Notes: generated by a model from the letters alone, not told the origin. DNA of 64,000 nt from Mobula hypostoma (GCF_963921235.1 NC_086108.1:114578001-114642000); one strand, 5' to 3'. Positions 22,901 through 38,300 are shown, counted from the first letter of the stretch. Program-made: numbers and translations.

Positions 22901-25900
22901 TCTACTGATGACTTAAAAAGTGGTGAGGATGTTGACAGTGAAGATGGTTATCAGGATTTGGAGGATCTTAGCTGGGATAGTGCGCTGAGGAATGGCAAAT
23001 GGAGTTTAATTAGGGTAGTGAGAGATGGTATATCGAATATTGAAAGGCCTGGATAGAATGGATGTGGAGAGGATGTTTCCAAAAGTGGGGGAGTCAAGGA
23101 CCAAATGGCACAGCCTTAGAATAGGGGGACGTTGCATTAGAACAAAGATGAGAAAGAATTTCTTCAAAGGTTCGAAGTAAATGATATATTTCTTGTGGGC
23201 CTACTCAGGAAATTTATAGAATAACAACTATAGAATAACAGAATCAACTAGGACATTCAACCAGAGTGTAGAAAACAACAAACTGTGCAAATACAAAAAG
23301 AAAGAAATAATTAATTAATAAATAAATAAATAAGCAATAAATATTGAGAAAATAAGGTGGAGTCCTTGAAAGTGAGTCCATTCTTGTATATCCTCTTTAC
23401 CCAGAAGGCAGTGAATCTGTGGAATCCATTAGCCCAGGCAGCCATGGAGGCCAAGTCATTGAGTATATTTAAAGCAGAAGTTGATAGGTTCTTGATTAGT
23501 CAGGCATCAAACATTACGGGAAGGAGGCAGGAGAATGGAGCTGAGAGGGATACTAAATCATCCATGTTGGAATAAAGCAGCCTTGATGGGCTGAATGGCC
23601 TAATTCGCTGTCTTACAGTGGTGAATCTTGGGAAGACATTTCAGGGTAGGACTCGCTCAGTGAACGGTAGGGCACTAGGGAGCACTGTAGAATAGAGGCA
23701 TGAGAGTATAGTTATGCTGTTCCTTGCAAGTGGAGTCGCAGGTAGATGATGTGGTGGAGGTGTTCATCAGGCAGGGCAGGAAGTATAGAAGTTGGGATGT
23801 TTGGTTGCAGTTGTACAAGGTGTTGGTGAGGCCGCAGGTGTCGAAAACTAAATACTGGGTTCAGTATTACCTGCCGTAGGAAAGAGAACATTAAGCTGGA
23901 AAGAGTGCAGAGAAGTTGTACAAGAATTTTGCCCAGATTAAGGGAATGAGTTTTGGAGAGAGGTTCAGCAGGTTGGGCCATTTTTCATTGGAGTACAGGA
24001 GCATGAGAGGTGACCTTAGAGTTGTTTAAAATCACAAGGGGAATAAATAGGGTACATGTAGACAGGGTTTGCGGCACAGGTTTGAGCAGAAAGGACAGAA
24101 CATTACAGGGGACCTGAGGAGCAACTTTTTCTCCCAGAGGGTGGTCATTAGATGGAAAGAAGGAAGTAATTGAGGCAGGTATATTAACAACATTTAAAAT
24201 GTACTTGGACAGATTTGTGGATAGCAAAAGTTTATTTGTTCAATCATTCATCTTTTATTCAATTATTTAGTCGGTCATTCAGTTCGAGATACAGTGCGGA
24301 ACAGTTTAGATGTTCAGAGGGGTATGGGCCAAACATGGACAGATGGGACTAGTTTAGCTGCCGATCCTGCTGGGTTTGGACCATCTGGGCTGAGGTATCG
24401 TTTCCATAGTCCAGGTTTTGATAGACTGCTGGGCTGGGCTGAGGTATCGTTTCCATAGTCTTGTTTCTGTTGGAGCAGCTGCGTTGAAGGAACTGTTTCC
24501 ATCGTCTTGTTAGTAGTGGAGCAGCTGGGCTGAAGGATCTGTTTCCGTAGTCCGGTGTGCTATGGAGCAGCCGATCCTGAACAACCTGTTTCCATAGTTT
24601 TGTGTGTGATGGACCTGTTCCATCGTTTTGTTTTCACTAGAGCAGCTGGGCTGATGGGCTTCTTCCATCATCTTGTTCATTGCGGAGCAGCTGGTCTAAA
24701 GGACCTTTTTCAATCGTCTTGTTTGTCATAGAACAGCTGGGCTCAACCGCCAGTTCCCTAGTTTTGTGTGTGATGGAGCAGCTGGGCACAGGGCCTGTTC
24801 CATCGTCTTGTTATGGAGCAGCAGGGCTGATGAAACTGTTTCCAAAGTCATGTTCATTGTGGAGCAGCTAGGCAGAAGGACCTGTACCGTTATCTTGTTT
24901 GTAGTGGAGCAGCTTGGCTAAAAACCTGTTTCAATCGTATTGTGTGTAATGGACAGCTGGGCACAAGATCTGTTCCACAGTCTTCTTTGTTGTGTAGCAC
25001 CTGGGCTGAAGGAACAGTTTCTATAATCTTGTTTCTTATGGAGTAGTTGGACTGAGGGAACTGTTTCTATTGTCTTGTTTGTCGTGGAGCTGATGGGCTG
25101 ATGGAACTGCTTGCATAGTCTAGGTTATGGTGGAGCCCCACTTTTTGCTTTCTGTAGAGATTGCACCCTACGCAACTCCCCTGTCCATTTGTTCCTCTAC
25201 ATTGATCTCCTTCCTGGCATTTATCCTTGCAAGCAGAACAAGTGCCACACCTGCCCTTACACCACCTCTCTCAGTACCATTCAGTGCTGTAAACAGTCTT
25301 TCCAGGTGAGGCGACACTTCACCTGTGAGTCTGTTGGGGTCATATATTATGTCTGGTGCTCCCGGTGTGGCCTTCTGTATATCGGTGAAACCCGACGTAG
25401 ATTGGGAGACCGCTTTGCCGGGAAAGCGGGATCTCCCAGTGGCCACCCATTTTTAATACCACTTCCCATTCCCATTCTGTCTATCCATGGCCTCCTCCAC
25501 TGTCACGATAAGACCACGCTTAGGTTGGAGGAACAGCACCTTATATTCCATCTGGGTAGCCTCCAACCTGATGGCATGAACATTGATTTCTCGAACTTCC
25601 AGTAATACCCCCACATCCCCTCTCTTTCTCCATTTCCCATTCCCTTTTCCCTCTCTCACTTCATCTCTTTGCCCGCCCATCGCCTCCCTCTGGTGCTCCT
25701 CGTCTCCTTTCTTTCTTCCATGGCCTTCTGTCTCTTTTATCAATCAACTTTCCAGCTCTTTACTTCATCAATCCCCGTCCAGGTTTCACCTATTGCCAGG
25801 TGGTTCTCTCCCCTCCCCCCACCTTTCAAATCTGCTTTTTTTTCCTCCAGTCCTGCTAAAGGGTCTCGTCCCAAAACGTCGACTGCACTCTTTTCCATAG

Positions 25901-28900
25901 ATGCCTGGCCTGCTGAGTTCCTCCAGCATTTTGTGTGTATTGCTCGGATTTCCAGCATCTGCAGATTTTCTCTTGTTTTGGATAAGTTCTTTTTGCTCTG
26001 TTAGAAAGGAGATCGAGTTTTTACAAGTCAAACCATTTCCGGTGGATATGCTGAATATACAGTCGCTTCAGATGACGCCGTCTACCATTTGCCGGATGGT
26101 CTAAGCTACAAGGAAGGATCAGCTATTGGAATCCCTTACTTCACTGCCTATCGAGCCCTCCTGCAAAAGTAAGCAATCATAAACTTGACAGCAAAGTGAA
26201 TTGTTTTACCTTGACAACGATTGGGGTGTTGTGGGATTTTTGGGCACTGATGGCAGAGACTCTTGTTGTTGTTTATTTTATTTAGTGATACAGCGGGGAA
26301 CCAGTGGATAAGCTGTCTCCAGAGACTCTTCCAGCACAGCAAGTCCCACACCCAGCAAATCAACCTATTTCACCCTACCCTAATAATAATTTGCAGTCAT
26401 AGTCATACTTTATTGATCCCGGGGGAAATTGGTTTTCGTTACAGTTGCACCATAAATAATTAAATAGTAATAGAACCATAAATAGTTAAATAGTAATATG
26501 TAAATTATGCCAGTAAATTATGAAATAAGTCCAGGACCAGCCTATTGGCACAGGGTGTCTGATCCTCCAAGGGAGGAGTTGTAAAGTTTGATGGCCACAG
26601 GCAGGAATGACTTCCTATGACACTCTGTGTTGCATCTCGGTGGAATGAGTCTCTGGCTGAATGTACTCCTGTGCCCACCCAGTACATTATGTAGTGGATG
26701 GGAGACATTGTCCAAGATGGCATGCAACTTGGACAGCATCCTCTTTTCAGACACCACCGTCAGAGAGTCCAGTTCCATCCCCACAACATCACTGGCCTTA
26801 CGAATGAGTTTGTTGATTTTGTTGGTGTCTGCTACCCTCAGTCTGCTGCCCCAGCACACAACAGCAAACATGATCGCACTGGCCACCACAGACTCGTAGA
26901 ACATCCTCAGCATCGTCCGGCAGATGTTAAAGGACCTCAGTCTCCTCAGGAAATAGAGACGGCTCTGACCCTTCTTGTAGACAGCCTCAGTGTTCTTTGA
27001 CCAGTCCAGTTTATTGTCAATTCATATCCCCAGGTATTTGTAATCCTCCACCATGTCCACACTGACCCCCTGGATGGAAACGGGGGTCACCGGTACCTTA
27101 ACTCTCCTCCCGTCTACGACCAGCTCCTTAGTCTTTTTCAATGAACAATTAACCTGCTAACCAGTACATCTTTGGACTGTGCGAGGAAACCGGAACCCTG
27201 GAGGAAACCACACACTCATGGGAAGAAACATACAAACTTTTTACAGTTGGTGTTGGAACTGGACTCGGAACACCAGTACTTTATAATAACATTGCACTTA
27301 CTGCTACACTACCGTAGCATCCTATACACTTCAATTAGGTTCCACTTTCTTGATCTTTTGACGCACTCTCCAGATTGATGTTTACAAACGTGTAAATTTG
27401 GCAGGCAGGGTACGACCGGTTTCTGCACCTAATCTACCAACAATCCCTCAGCCAGCTGGTCAGCCACAAACCAGGTCTGCCAAGCGGGTAAGGAGACCCA
27501 GTCTCAGATTCCTTCAGCCTCTCCCTCTAAAACTTCTCCTCGAGATTGAGCATTGTGATACGTAACAGTTGACACGACACTATTACAGCTCGGGGCATCA
27601 GAGATCAGAGTTATTTTCCAATGTCATCTGTAAGGAGTATGTCATAGGAGTCTGTCTTCCCTGTGAAATGTGTGGGTTTCTTCCCACAATCCAAAGATGT
27701 ACTGGTTATTTGGTTAAGTTGTCCTGCGATTAGGTTTGGGTTCAATTGTGGTTGTTGGGGGTTGCTGGGTGGCATAGCTCAAGTGGCTGGTAAGGTTAGT
27801 TAGATTAGATTATGAGGAGATGAAGTCCTCTTTTATTGTCATTTAATAATGCATGCTAAATCTCAATAAATAATGAGAAAAGTGTGATTGGTTGGGGAGC
27901 AGACAATGGAAAGGTGGACTTCAGCAAATACCTAAAAGGTGTTGGGATCAGACTTGGAAGCAGATTTAGGGTGTTTAGCCCATTGAATCTGCAATGCCTT
28001 CTGATCATAGCTGTTTTACTATCTCTCTTAACCGCATTCTCCTGCCTTATCTCTGTAACCTTTGATATCCTTAAGGTCCTATCAACCTCCACTTTAAATC
28101 CATCCAATGATTGACCTCCACAGCCTTCTAAGCAATGAATTCCAGAGATTCACCACTCTCTGGCTAAAGAAATTTCTCCCTATCCCTCTATTCTGAGGCT
28201 CTGCCCTCTGGTCCTGGACTTTCCCACTATTCTCTCCACTTCTACTCCATCTAGGCCTGTTAATATTCAGTAGGTTTCAGTGATATCATCTTTGATTCTT
28301 CTAAACTCCAGCGAGTACAGGCCTAGAGCCATCAAACGCTGCTCAGATGTTAACCATTTTGTTCCCAAAATCATTCTCATGAACCTTCTCTGGACTCTTT
28401 TCAATGCCAGCATGTCCTTTCATCGATAAGTGACCCGAAACTGCTCACAATACCACAAGTGTGGTCTGACAAATGCCATTTCTGAATTGCTGCCTGTGCC
28501 ACACCCCAGTAAGGTAGAGGCAGGATGATTTGGCAGATTACTGTGTGGCTGAGAAGCTGGTGCAGGGGGCAGGGCTTCGGGTTCTTGGATCATTGGAATC
28601 TCTTCATGGGGAGGTAAAAGCTGTACAAAAGAGACAGGTTGCACCTGAACCGAGGAGAACCAATATTCTTGCGAGTATGTTTGTTAGAGCTGTTAGGAAG
28701 GATTTAAAATAATTTGGCGGGGGGGTAGGAACTAGAGTGAAGGGACTCAGGATAGGACAGATGGTATAAAAGCAAAGATAGCATGCAGTCAGACTGTCAG
28801 GAAGGGCAGGCAGATGAAAGGACAAAATTGCAGCCAGCAGGGTGAGTATCAGTGAATTAGGGATGCAGAATCAAAAAGGGTAGCAAATACAGTAATCAGT

Positions 28901-31900
28901 GGTGTATCTCAATGCACTGAGTATCAGAAATAAGGTGGATGATCTTGTTGCATTATTAGAGATTATCAGGTATGATGTTGTGGCCATCACTGAATAGTGG
29001 TTGAAGGATGGTTGTATTTGGGAGATGAATGTCCAAGGTTACACGTTGTATCTGAGCGATAGGAAGGTAGGCAGAGGGGGTGGCATGGCTCTGCTGGTAA
29101 AGAATAGCATCAAATCAGTAGAAAGATGTGACATAGGATTGGAAGATGTTGAATCCTTATAGGTTGAGTTAAGAATCTGCAAGGGTAAAAGGTACAGGTC
29201 AATTGGGAAAATCAGGTTGATAATGGATCTCAAGAGAGTGAATTTGTTGAATGCCTACAAGATGGTATTTTAGAGCAGTTCATCACTGAGCTTACTTGGG
29301 GATCAGCTATACTGGATTGGGTGTTATATAATGGAGCTTAAGGTAAAGGAACCTTTAGGAAACAGTGATCACAATATGATTGAGTTCAACATGAAATTTG
29401 ATAGGGAGAAAGTAAAGTTTGGCATAGCAGTATTTCAGTGGAGTAAAGGAAATTACAGTGGTAGAGAGGAGTTGGCCAAAGTAAATTGGAAGGAGATGCT
29501 GGCAGGGATGACAGCAGAGCACCAATGGCATGAGTTTCTGGGAAAATGAGTAGGTGCAAGCTAGGTGTATTTCAAAAACAAAGAAATACTCAAATGGCAA
29601 GATAGTACAAGGGAAGTGAAAGCTAAAGTAAAAGCAAAAGAGAGGGCATACAACAAAGCAAAAATTAGTGGGAAGGTAGAGAATTGGGAAGTTTTTAAAA
29701 ACCTACACAGAGAAACTAAAAGAATCATTAGAAGGGAAAAGATGAAATATGAAAGCAAGCTAGCCAACAATATCAAAGTGGATAGTAAAACCTTATTCAA
29801 GAATATAAAAAAATAAAAGAGAGATGAGAGTTGATATAGAACTACTAGAAAATGAAGCCAGAGAAAAAATAATGGGGGCCAAGGAGATGGCAGAAGACCT
29901 AATTGAGTATTTTGCATCAGTCTGCCCTGTGGAAGACACTTACAGTGCACCAAGTTCTGAAGGGTGTGAGGGAAGATAAGTGAGTGCAGTTACTGTTACA
30001 AGGGAGAATGTGCTCATAAAGCTGAAAGACTTAAGGGTACATAAGTCTGCTGGACCAGATGAATTGCACTCTAGGGTTCTGAAAGAGGTAGCAGTAGAGA
30101 TAGCGGAGGCATTAGTAATTAACTTTCACATATCATTGATTCTGGAATAGTGCTAGAGGAATGGAAAATTGCAAATGTTACTTGGTGATACAGGACAAGA
30201 TAGGACAAAGTCAGCATGGTTTCCTTCAGGGAAAATCCTGCCTGACAAACCTGTTGGAATTCTTTGAGGAGATTACATATAGGATAGATAAAGGGGATGC
30301 AGTGGATGTTGTATATTTGGAATTTTAGAAGGCCTTTAACAAAGTTAAGAGCTCATTGTATTACGGCAAAGTTACTGGCATGGTAAGAGCTTTGGCTGAT
30401 TGGAAGGAAGCAGTGACTGGGAATAAAAGGATCATTTCCTGATTGGCTGTCAGTGACTAGTGGTGTTCTGCAGGGCTCTGTGTCACGACCACTTCTTTTT
30501 GTGCTGCGTATCAATGATGGAATAGATGGCTTTGTTGCCAAGTTTGCATATGATATGAAGATTGATAGAGGGGCAGTTAGTGTTGAAACAGGAAGGCTGC
30601 AGAAGGACTTGGACAGATTAGGGAATGTAAAGAGACTTGGGAGTCCTTGTGCAGAACACCCTAAAGATTAACTTTCAGCTGAAGTCAGTGGTGAGGAAGG
30701 CAAATGCAATGTCAGCATTCATTTCAAGAGGTCTAGAATACAACAGCAGGGATGTGATGCTGAGGCTTTATTAGGATCTGGTGAGGCCTCACCTTGAGTA
30801 TTGGGTGAACAGTTTTGGGCTCTTCATCTAAGAAACAATGTGGTGGCATTGGAGAGGGTTCAGAAGAGGTTCACAAGGATGATTCCAGGAATGAAAGGGT
30901 TATCCCACAAGGAATGTTTGATAGCTCTGGGTCGGTATGCGCTGGAATTTAAGTGGATGAGGGGGATCTCATTGAAACCTCTCGAACGTTGAAAGGCCTA
31001 GACAAAGTAGACATGGAAAAGGATGTTTCCCATGGTGGCGGAGTCTAGGACAAGAGGGCACAGCCTCAGGATATAGGGGTTTCCACTTAAAACAGAGATG
31101 TGAAGCAATTTCTTTAGCCTGAGGCTGGTGAATTTTTGGAGTTTGTTACCAGAGGCAGATGTGGAGGCCAGGTTGTTGGGTGTATTTAAGTCAGAGCTTG
31201 ATAGGTTCTTGATAGGACACAACATCAAAGGTTACTGGGCGAAGGCCGGGAAGTGCGACTGAGGAGGGATAAACGGATCAGCTGGGACAAATGGCCTAAC
31301 TCTTCTCCGACGTTTTATGGTCTTATAAAGCCTCAGCATAACATCCTTGCTTATATACTCCCACCCTCTTGAGGAACTACCTGAAAGCCATTGTACATGA
31401 GTTGCTGAAAGCTAATCACCCAGGGACAGCAAGTGATTAGGAAGGTGAAAGTTCATTGGTCTTTAGTGTGAGAAGACCTAACACCAGCTAATGCAGAAGT
31501 ACAGCCCACACCTGGAATATCATTGTGAATCTGGTCTCTTCTCGAGTGCATGGTCACCTTTACTTCTGGGACCACACACACGCATTGTGCTGATTTCTGC
31601 GTGCACGGTTCGGTGTGATTCTGGCAGAAGTTCACTTGGGAGAACACTGTCAGTCACAGGTTCTGCACCCAGTTGTAGCAGCGTCTTTCATCTGCAGATC
31701 TTTCTGTTTTCAGAGCACATGCGAAGGCAGGGGAGATTGTTCTGGTTCATGGAGCGAGCGGAGGGGTAAGCTGCATTAACTGAATATCAGAGGGAGCCCA
31801 TTGGATCAGTGCTGGCCAGTGAGAGCCATTTAAATTAATGCCTTATAGAACATAGACCATTACAGCACAGTACAGACCCCTTGGCCCATGATGTTGTGCC

Positions 31901-32280
31901 ATCCTCATAACTTATCCTAAATCAATCTAACCCTTCATATCTAACCTTTGTTTTTGTAAGTGGGCATCTCCAAGGGCATGAGTTGGTGATAGTAAATCTG
32001 TTTCTGATCAGGCTGCTTCTTAAATGTAATGGTTTCTGTTCTCGTTCTCCCTCTCTTTCCCCCTCTCCCCCACCTGCTGCCCCCTCCCCCCCCACCCCAA
32101 TAGGATGATGATGGTTCCTTTCAGTCAGTTAGTGGGGTGCGTTCTGGAGTGGCTCTACCACTCTTGTAGGCAGAGTCTTTTATTTGGGCAAAGGTACCTC
32201 CACTATTCTCTAACAAAACTTCAAGTTATTGAGGAATCATTGTGCAGCTTTTCCCAACTAGAATCTGCAAGCAGATGCCA

Positions 32281-32327
<47 letters not shown>

Positions 32328-35300
32328 ATGTGTGGGTGTGTGTGTGTATGTATGTGTGGGTGTGTGTGTGTGTATATATATATATATATGTGTGTGTGGA
32401 TGTGTGTGTGTGGGTGTGTGTGTATATGTGGGTGTGTGTGTATGTATGTGTGTGTGTGTGTGTGTGTGGGTGTGTGTGTGGGGGGGGGGGGGCGGGTGCA
32501 GGTGGGGCTGGAGGAACTCAGCAGGCCAGGCAGGATCTATGGAAATGAATAAACAGTTTGTGCTGAGACTCTTCACCAGGACTGGAAAGGAAGGGGGAAG
32601 ATACCAGAATAGGGGGGTGGGGGTGGGGGGAGAGGAAGGATCGCTGGACAGCAATGGGTGATGCCAGCCGGGCAGGAGAGGAAGAAACCTGTCAGGAGAG
32701 GAGAGTGGACTGTGGGAGAAAGGGAAGAAGGAGGAGCACAAGTGGAGGTGAGGAGACATGAACAGTTATGAGGGCAGCAAGTGGAACAGAAGAAGAGGAA
32801 CGGGGGAGGGGGAAAGAAAAGGGGGGAATAAAAAAAAAATTACCGGATGTTGGAGAAATCGATGTTTGTTCCATCAGGTTGGAGGCTACATGGGTGGGAT
32901 ATGAGATGTTGCTCCTCCACCCTGAGAGTGGCCTCATCGCGGCAGAAGAGGAGGCCATGGGGTTAGGAATTAAAACAGTTGGCCACCAGGAAATTCCACT
33001 GGAGGGGAAAGCACTTGGAATCATTGAATTAGGGGTTTTGCAGCGGTGAGGTTAGCAAGAGGGTCGTATTCAGCCTGGAGCAGCTGAAGTGTTGGGAAGC
33101 TCCTTTTCATTCCGAGGTAAATGATTTCATTGCCTTTCAGGTAGGGATAGCAGCCTGCCAGATAGCCCGAGCTCATGGCCTGAGGGTGCTCGGCACGGCT
33201 GGCACGCCGGAAGGGATGCGCCTAGTCGAAAAGAATGGAGCGCACAAAGCTTTCAACCACAGAGAGATGGGCTACACTGACCAGATCAAGGTACTGTCAT
33301 CACTAACTAATTGGACACTGCAAACTCCCACTCATTCCACAATCACACTTCATTTACTTGTGCACAAGAGCAGCCTGGCTCCTGTCACCATACTGCTCTG
33401 AAGTTTGAACAAAAAGTGCCATTTTATACAGAAACGGATAAACCATAGAAACCATAGAAACTACAGCACAGAAACAGGCCTTTTGGCCCTTCTTGGCCGT
33501 GCCGAACCATTTTCTGCCTAGTCCCACTGACCTGCACACGGACCATATCCCATACACCTCCCATCCATGTATCTGTCCAATTTATTCTTAAATGTTAAAA
33601 AAGAACCCGCATTTACCACCTCGTCTGGCAGCTCATTCCATACTCCCACCACTCTCTGTGTGAAGAAGCCCCCACTAATGTTCCCTTTAAACTTTTCCCC
33701 CCTCACCCTTAACCCATGTCCTCTGATTTTTTTCTCCCCTTGCCTCAGTGGAAAAAGCCTGCTTGCATTCACTCTATCTATACCCATCATAATTTTATTA
33801 ATTTTATATAGTTGTATAGATATTGATCTAATAGAAGCCCTGACGCCTGGAAATTATATACAATATCCTGGAAATAGATTTTTTTTTGAGAGGGAGAGCG
33901 AGAATCCTGATTGGTCTCTCTTTGTGCTAAAAGTGGTCCCCAACCACTGGGCCGCGAGGAAACGATATGATTTGGTGATATGAGTCAGCTGCACCTTTCC
34001 TCATTCCCTGTCACGCACTGTTGAACTTGAACGCACGCGAGGTCATCAGTGACCCAAGACGTGCAAAGGAATGGGTCCGTGACCCATTTGTGAATGTCCC
34101 CGGTGAATCATCCACGTCAGCGTGGGAAGGAGATCAACTCCTCGAGCTTGCAAATGACGGCGGACTGAAAAGTATGTTTGACATAACATCTCTGCCGGCA
34201 TTCTGGATCAAAGACAAGGCTGAATATCCTGAGATAGCTACGAAAGCACTGAAAACGTTGGTTCCATTTCTAACATATCTCTGCAATGAATGCAACGAAA
34301 ACTAAATTGCGGAATAGACTGGACATCAGGAGCTCCCTTCGAGTATCGCTGTCTCCCATCACCTCTCGATGGGACCGTCTCGTTGCAGGGAAACAAGCCC
34401 AGGGCTCCCACTGATTCAGCGATATTGGTGCGTTGCACTAATTTTATATGTTCATATGGGGAAAATATGCGCTGTGTGTTTAATATCCAAACGTTACTTA
34501 AAATGTTATGATGCGATTGACTTATCACCTATATTTCGGTTGTGATCAACACCCCCGCCCCCGGTCGGCCGATCCGCAAGAATATTGTCAATATTAAACC
34601 GGTCTGTGGTGCAAAAACGATTGCAGACCCCTGCTAAATAGACCTATCAGTTTTTTCTGTGGGCAGGCTTTACAGTCGACCTCAAAGATAATGACCGTGT
34701 TGCTCGCTGCACTGTTTGCAACAGTGACTTTTCTATTGCCCATGGTGGGTTAAAATGTAAAAGACATGTTGAGGTGAGTTTAACAGGTGTCATTCGTTCA
34801 TTAGCATAGCTAACGTTATTTAAACTAGCTGGCTGGCTGCTAAGGAGCTACACTATTGATATCCTACGTGATGAGGCCAAACTCCCTGTAGACTTGCTTA
34901 AAGTTGTAATAGAATAAACATGATAATATAAGTACATATTTTAATGTCACATTTTCTGCATATACCCAACTTAGTTTACAGATTAGACAAAATCACTAAA
35001 CAAAGTATTACATACACCCTTGGAGGTCGACCGTGGGGGGTTGGGGATATGGTGTTGCCAGGGGTGGGGGTGCTTACCTCCCTGAAATGAGTTTTTGCAG
35101 GGTGGGATGTCTGCCATAACCCTTAATTGCCCTACTATGCAGAAATCTGTCCAACCTCCTCTTAAATATATTCACTGAGGTAGCCTCCACTGCTTCATTG
35201 GGCAGAGAATTCCACAGATGGTGTTTGAACTGTGCTGAGGTGCGCTGGTGTTGATTGTCAGCGAGTAGAAGATGTTACCCAATCCGCACAGACTGTGATC

Positions 35301-38300
35301 TCCTGATGAGAAAGTCGAGGATCCATTTGCAAAGGGATGTACCAAGTCCCAGGTTTTGGAGCTTATTGGTTAGAACTGAGGGTATGATGGTGTTGGATGC
35401 TGATCTGTGATCAATAAACAGCAGCTTGAAGTAAGTATCACTGTTGTCCAGGTGATCCAAGGCCGAGGTCAGTGAGATTGCATCCGTTGTGGACTTATTG
35501 TGGTGATAGGCAAACTGCAGTGGGTCCAGCTCCTTGCTGAGGCAGGAGTCAATTCTGGTCATGACCAACCTCTCAAAACACTTCATCACAGTTAATGTGA
35601 GTGAAACTGGGCAATAGTCATTGAGGCAACTCACCCTGCTCTTTCTGGGCACTGGTATGATTGCCTTTTGAGGTAGGTAGGAACCTCTGAATGCAGCAGT
35701 GAGGGATTGAAGATGTCCTTGAACACACCAGCCAGTCGGTGTCAATGGGTTGCATGGATGGTCGGCATCGACTGGATGGGCCGAAGGGGCTGTTTTCTCA
35801 TGCTGTGTAATTTAGTCTCCAATGGAATTGATCATATTCAAAAACAAGCTACTGTAGTGGCTGGGGTTACTCATCGGGTCCAGAGCAGAGAGGACGAAGT
35901 TAATTTTTCACTAGAACCCACTGAGAGGGTGATCTTGTATATTGGGATTCTTGTTTGCCTGCTAACAGTGTCTGGTTTCTAGTTTCTGTCTGCTCTGTTT
36001 GCGAAACCACCTTCCATACCCAGCCAGCCCAGTTCCACACCGACCCTCTGTTCCCCCTCAGAGATCACTCTGTCCCCTCTATCCTCTCTGGAGTCATGTA
36101 CCGAGGAGAGCTGGTCAGCAGGATTGGCACTGGTCCTGGTGACCGCACAGACAGTGTCAGGTTCTGAGCTTCACGACCCTTGCTCCCTCTCAATAATGTT
36201 AGCTCTGGTGTAAGTCATTCATTTACTCAGTAACCTGCGTCACAAGTTTCCTAGGTTCAAATTTCACCTCGGACACTCGTCTAATTAACGAAGGGTGCAG
36301 AGGGTGGGGTTACTGTGGAAGCTTCACAATGAGGGAGGCTTTTTGTCAGACAAAACAAACAGTATCCCTGACTGTCTTTGATCGCTGAAGTTCTTTCCAA
36401 AGTGTTCTACCTCCATAACTGTTTGTTCAAAGACAACACAGAAACAGACTCTTCAGCCCATCGAGCCTGAGCTGACCACTAGCCACCCATTCACACCAGT
36501 CCTATACTGATCCCATTTCATTCCCATCAACTCCCCACAGAATCCATCCCTCACACACAGTGGGGACTATTTACAGAGGCTGATCCACACATCATTGGGA
36601 TGTGGGAGGGAACTGGAGTACCCTGCGTAAACCCGTGTGGTCACAGGGAGAATGTGCCAAGTTCACACAGAAAGTGATGGAGGTCGGGGTCAAACCCAGG
36701 TCTCTGGAGTTGATCCACTGCCTCCCAGTAATCTTTGCAATCGTATTGTTTATTAATTAAATCTGTGTAGCAATGAGCTTGTTCAATTAGCTCCACCATG
36801 CTTGAGACGTTGAGAGACTGTAAAACATGTGATAGAAATGCAGATTGTTTCCTATAGATTGGAGACGTCAGGGGTCAGGAATCCTGATGGTTTGCCAGCC
36901 TGCTTATTCTGCGCTGGCCCTTGAGCTGGGGTCTGTTGTATAGTGCGGGCTGTGACCAGGGTCAGGAATGTGGGAGGTTGTCACGGAGCCAGGGTCCAAG
37001 AGTGTAGACTGGATACATGTTTGGGGTCAGGGTCTGGAAAAACCAGGGTGGGGAACCTACGAAGTTCCTACAAAAAGTGAAATAATAATAGGGGATGTGT
37101 CAATAGTATAACACCTGAAGGATTTGCACCTCCAAGTCCCCAGGTGCCAGATTATCAGAGGCACTGGAGTTTCTGCAGGTGCTGAAAACCTTGAACAGCA
37201 CGCACAAAATGCTGGTGGATCTCCGTAAGTCAGGCAGCATCAAATGAGGGGAATAAACAGTCAATGTTTTGGGCCGAGTCCCTTCGTCAGGAAGGTCTTG
37301 GCCCAAAACTTGTCCATTTGGCCCTCCTGGCACCTCTCCCTGCAAATGACCAAAGTGCTACACCTGCCCATTTTCTTTACCCTCACCTCCATTCAGGACC
37401 TAAAAGTCCTCCCAGGTGAGGAAATGCTTCACCTGTGAATCTACTGGGATCGTCTATTGTGTCTGGTGCTCGCGATGCAGCCTCTTCTACATTGGTGAGA
37501 CTCGTTGTAAATTCGGGTACTGCTTTGTTGAGCACCTCTGCTCGATCCGTCAAAAGCAGAACTTCCAGGTGGCCCAACACTTTAATTCAATTCTCATTCT
37601 GACATGTTCGCCCATGGCCTTCTCTTGTGCCACGATGAGGCCACCCTCAGGGTGAAGGAGCAATACCTTGTATTCCATTTGGGTAGCCTCCAACCTGATG
37701 GCATGAATATCAATTTCTCCAGAAAAGAAAAAAAAATTCTCTCCCCCTCCCCTCTTCTTCTATCCCCCACTCTGGCCTCTTACCTCTTCTCACCTCCCTA
37801 TCACCTCTTCCTGGGTCCCCTCCTTCTTCCCTTTCTCTTATGGTCAACTCTCCTCTCCTATCAGATTCCTGACCCCTCTCCCCATGTTTTTATTCTGGCA
37901 TCTTCCCCCTTCCTTTCTAGTTCTGAGGAAGGTCTCAGCCTGAAACATCGACTGTTTATTCATTTCCATGGATGCTGCCTGATCGCTGAGTTCCTCCGAT
38001 ATCACATGTATACAGCTAAACAAAACAGTGTTCTTTTGGGGCCAAGGTGCAAAACACAATGCATACTTACACACACAGTAGATAACAGATACAAGTGCTC
38101 AGGTGGTATGGCCTGTAGATTGATGGTGCATGGATGTTGTCCTAGAGCAGCAGTTCCCAACCTGGGGTCCACAGGCCCCCTTTCTTCATGGTACAGGTCC
38201 ATGGCAGAACAAAGGTTGGGAACCCCTGTCCTACAGCCATGTTCATGCAGAAACAAACACACAACAGTTCCTCATCTTGAGCAGTGTCAGCCACAGATGA

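Noticed and set aside
24375..25135. CRISPR-like regular repeats
   Set aside because: Whole units are homologous with no unique spacers, there are no cas genes, and the context is a eukaryotic intron: a minisatellite.
32105..32759. ORFs rich in CV/HT repeats
   Set aside because: Translations of a (TG)n microsatellite.
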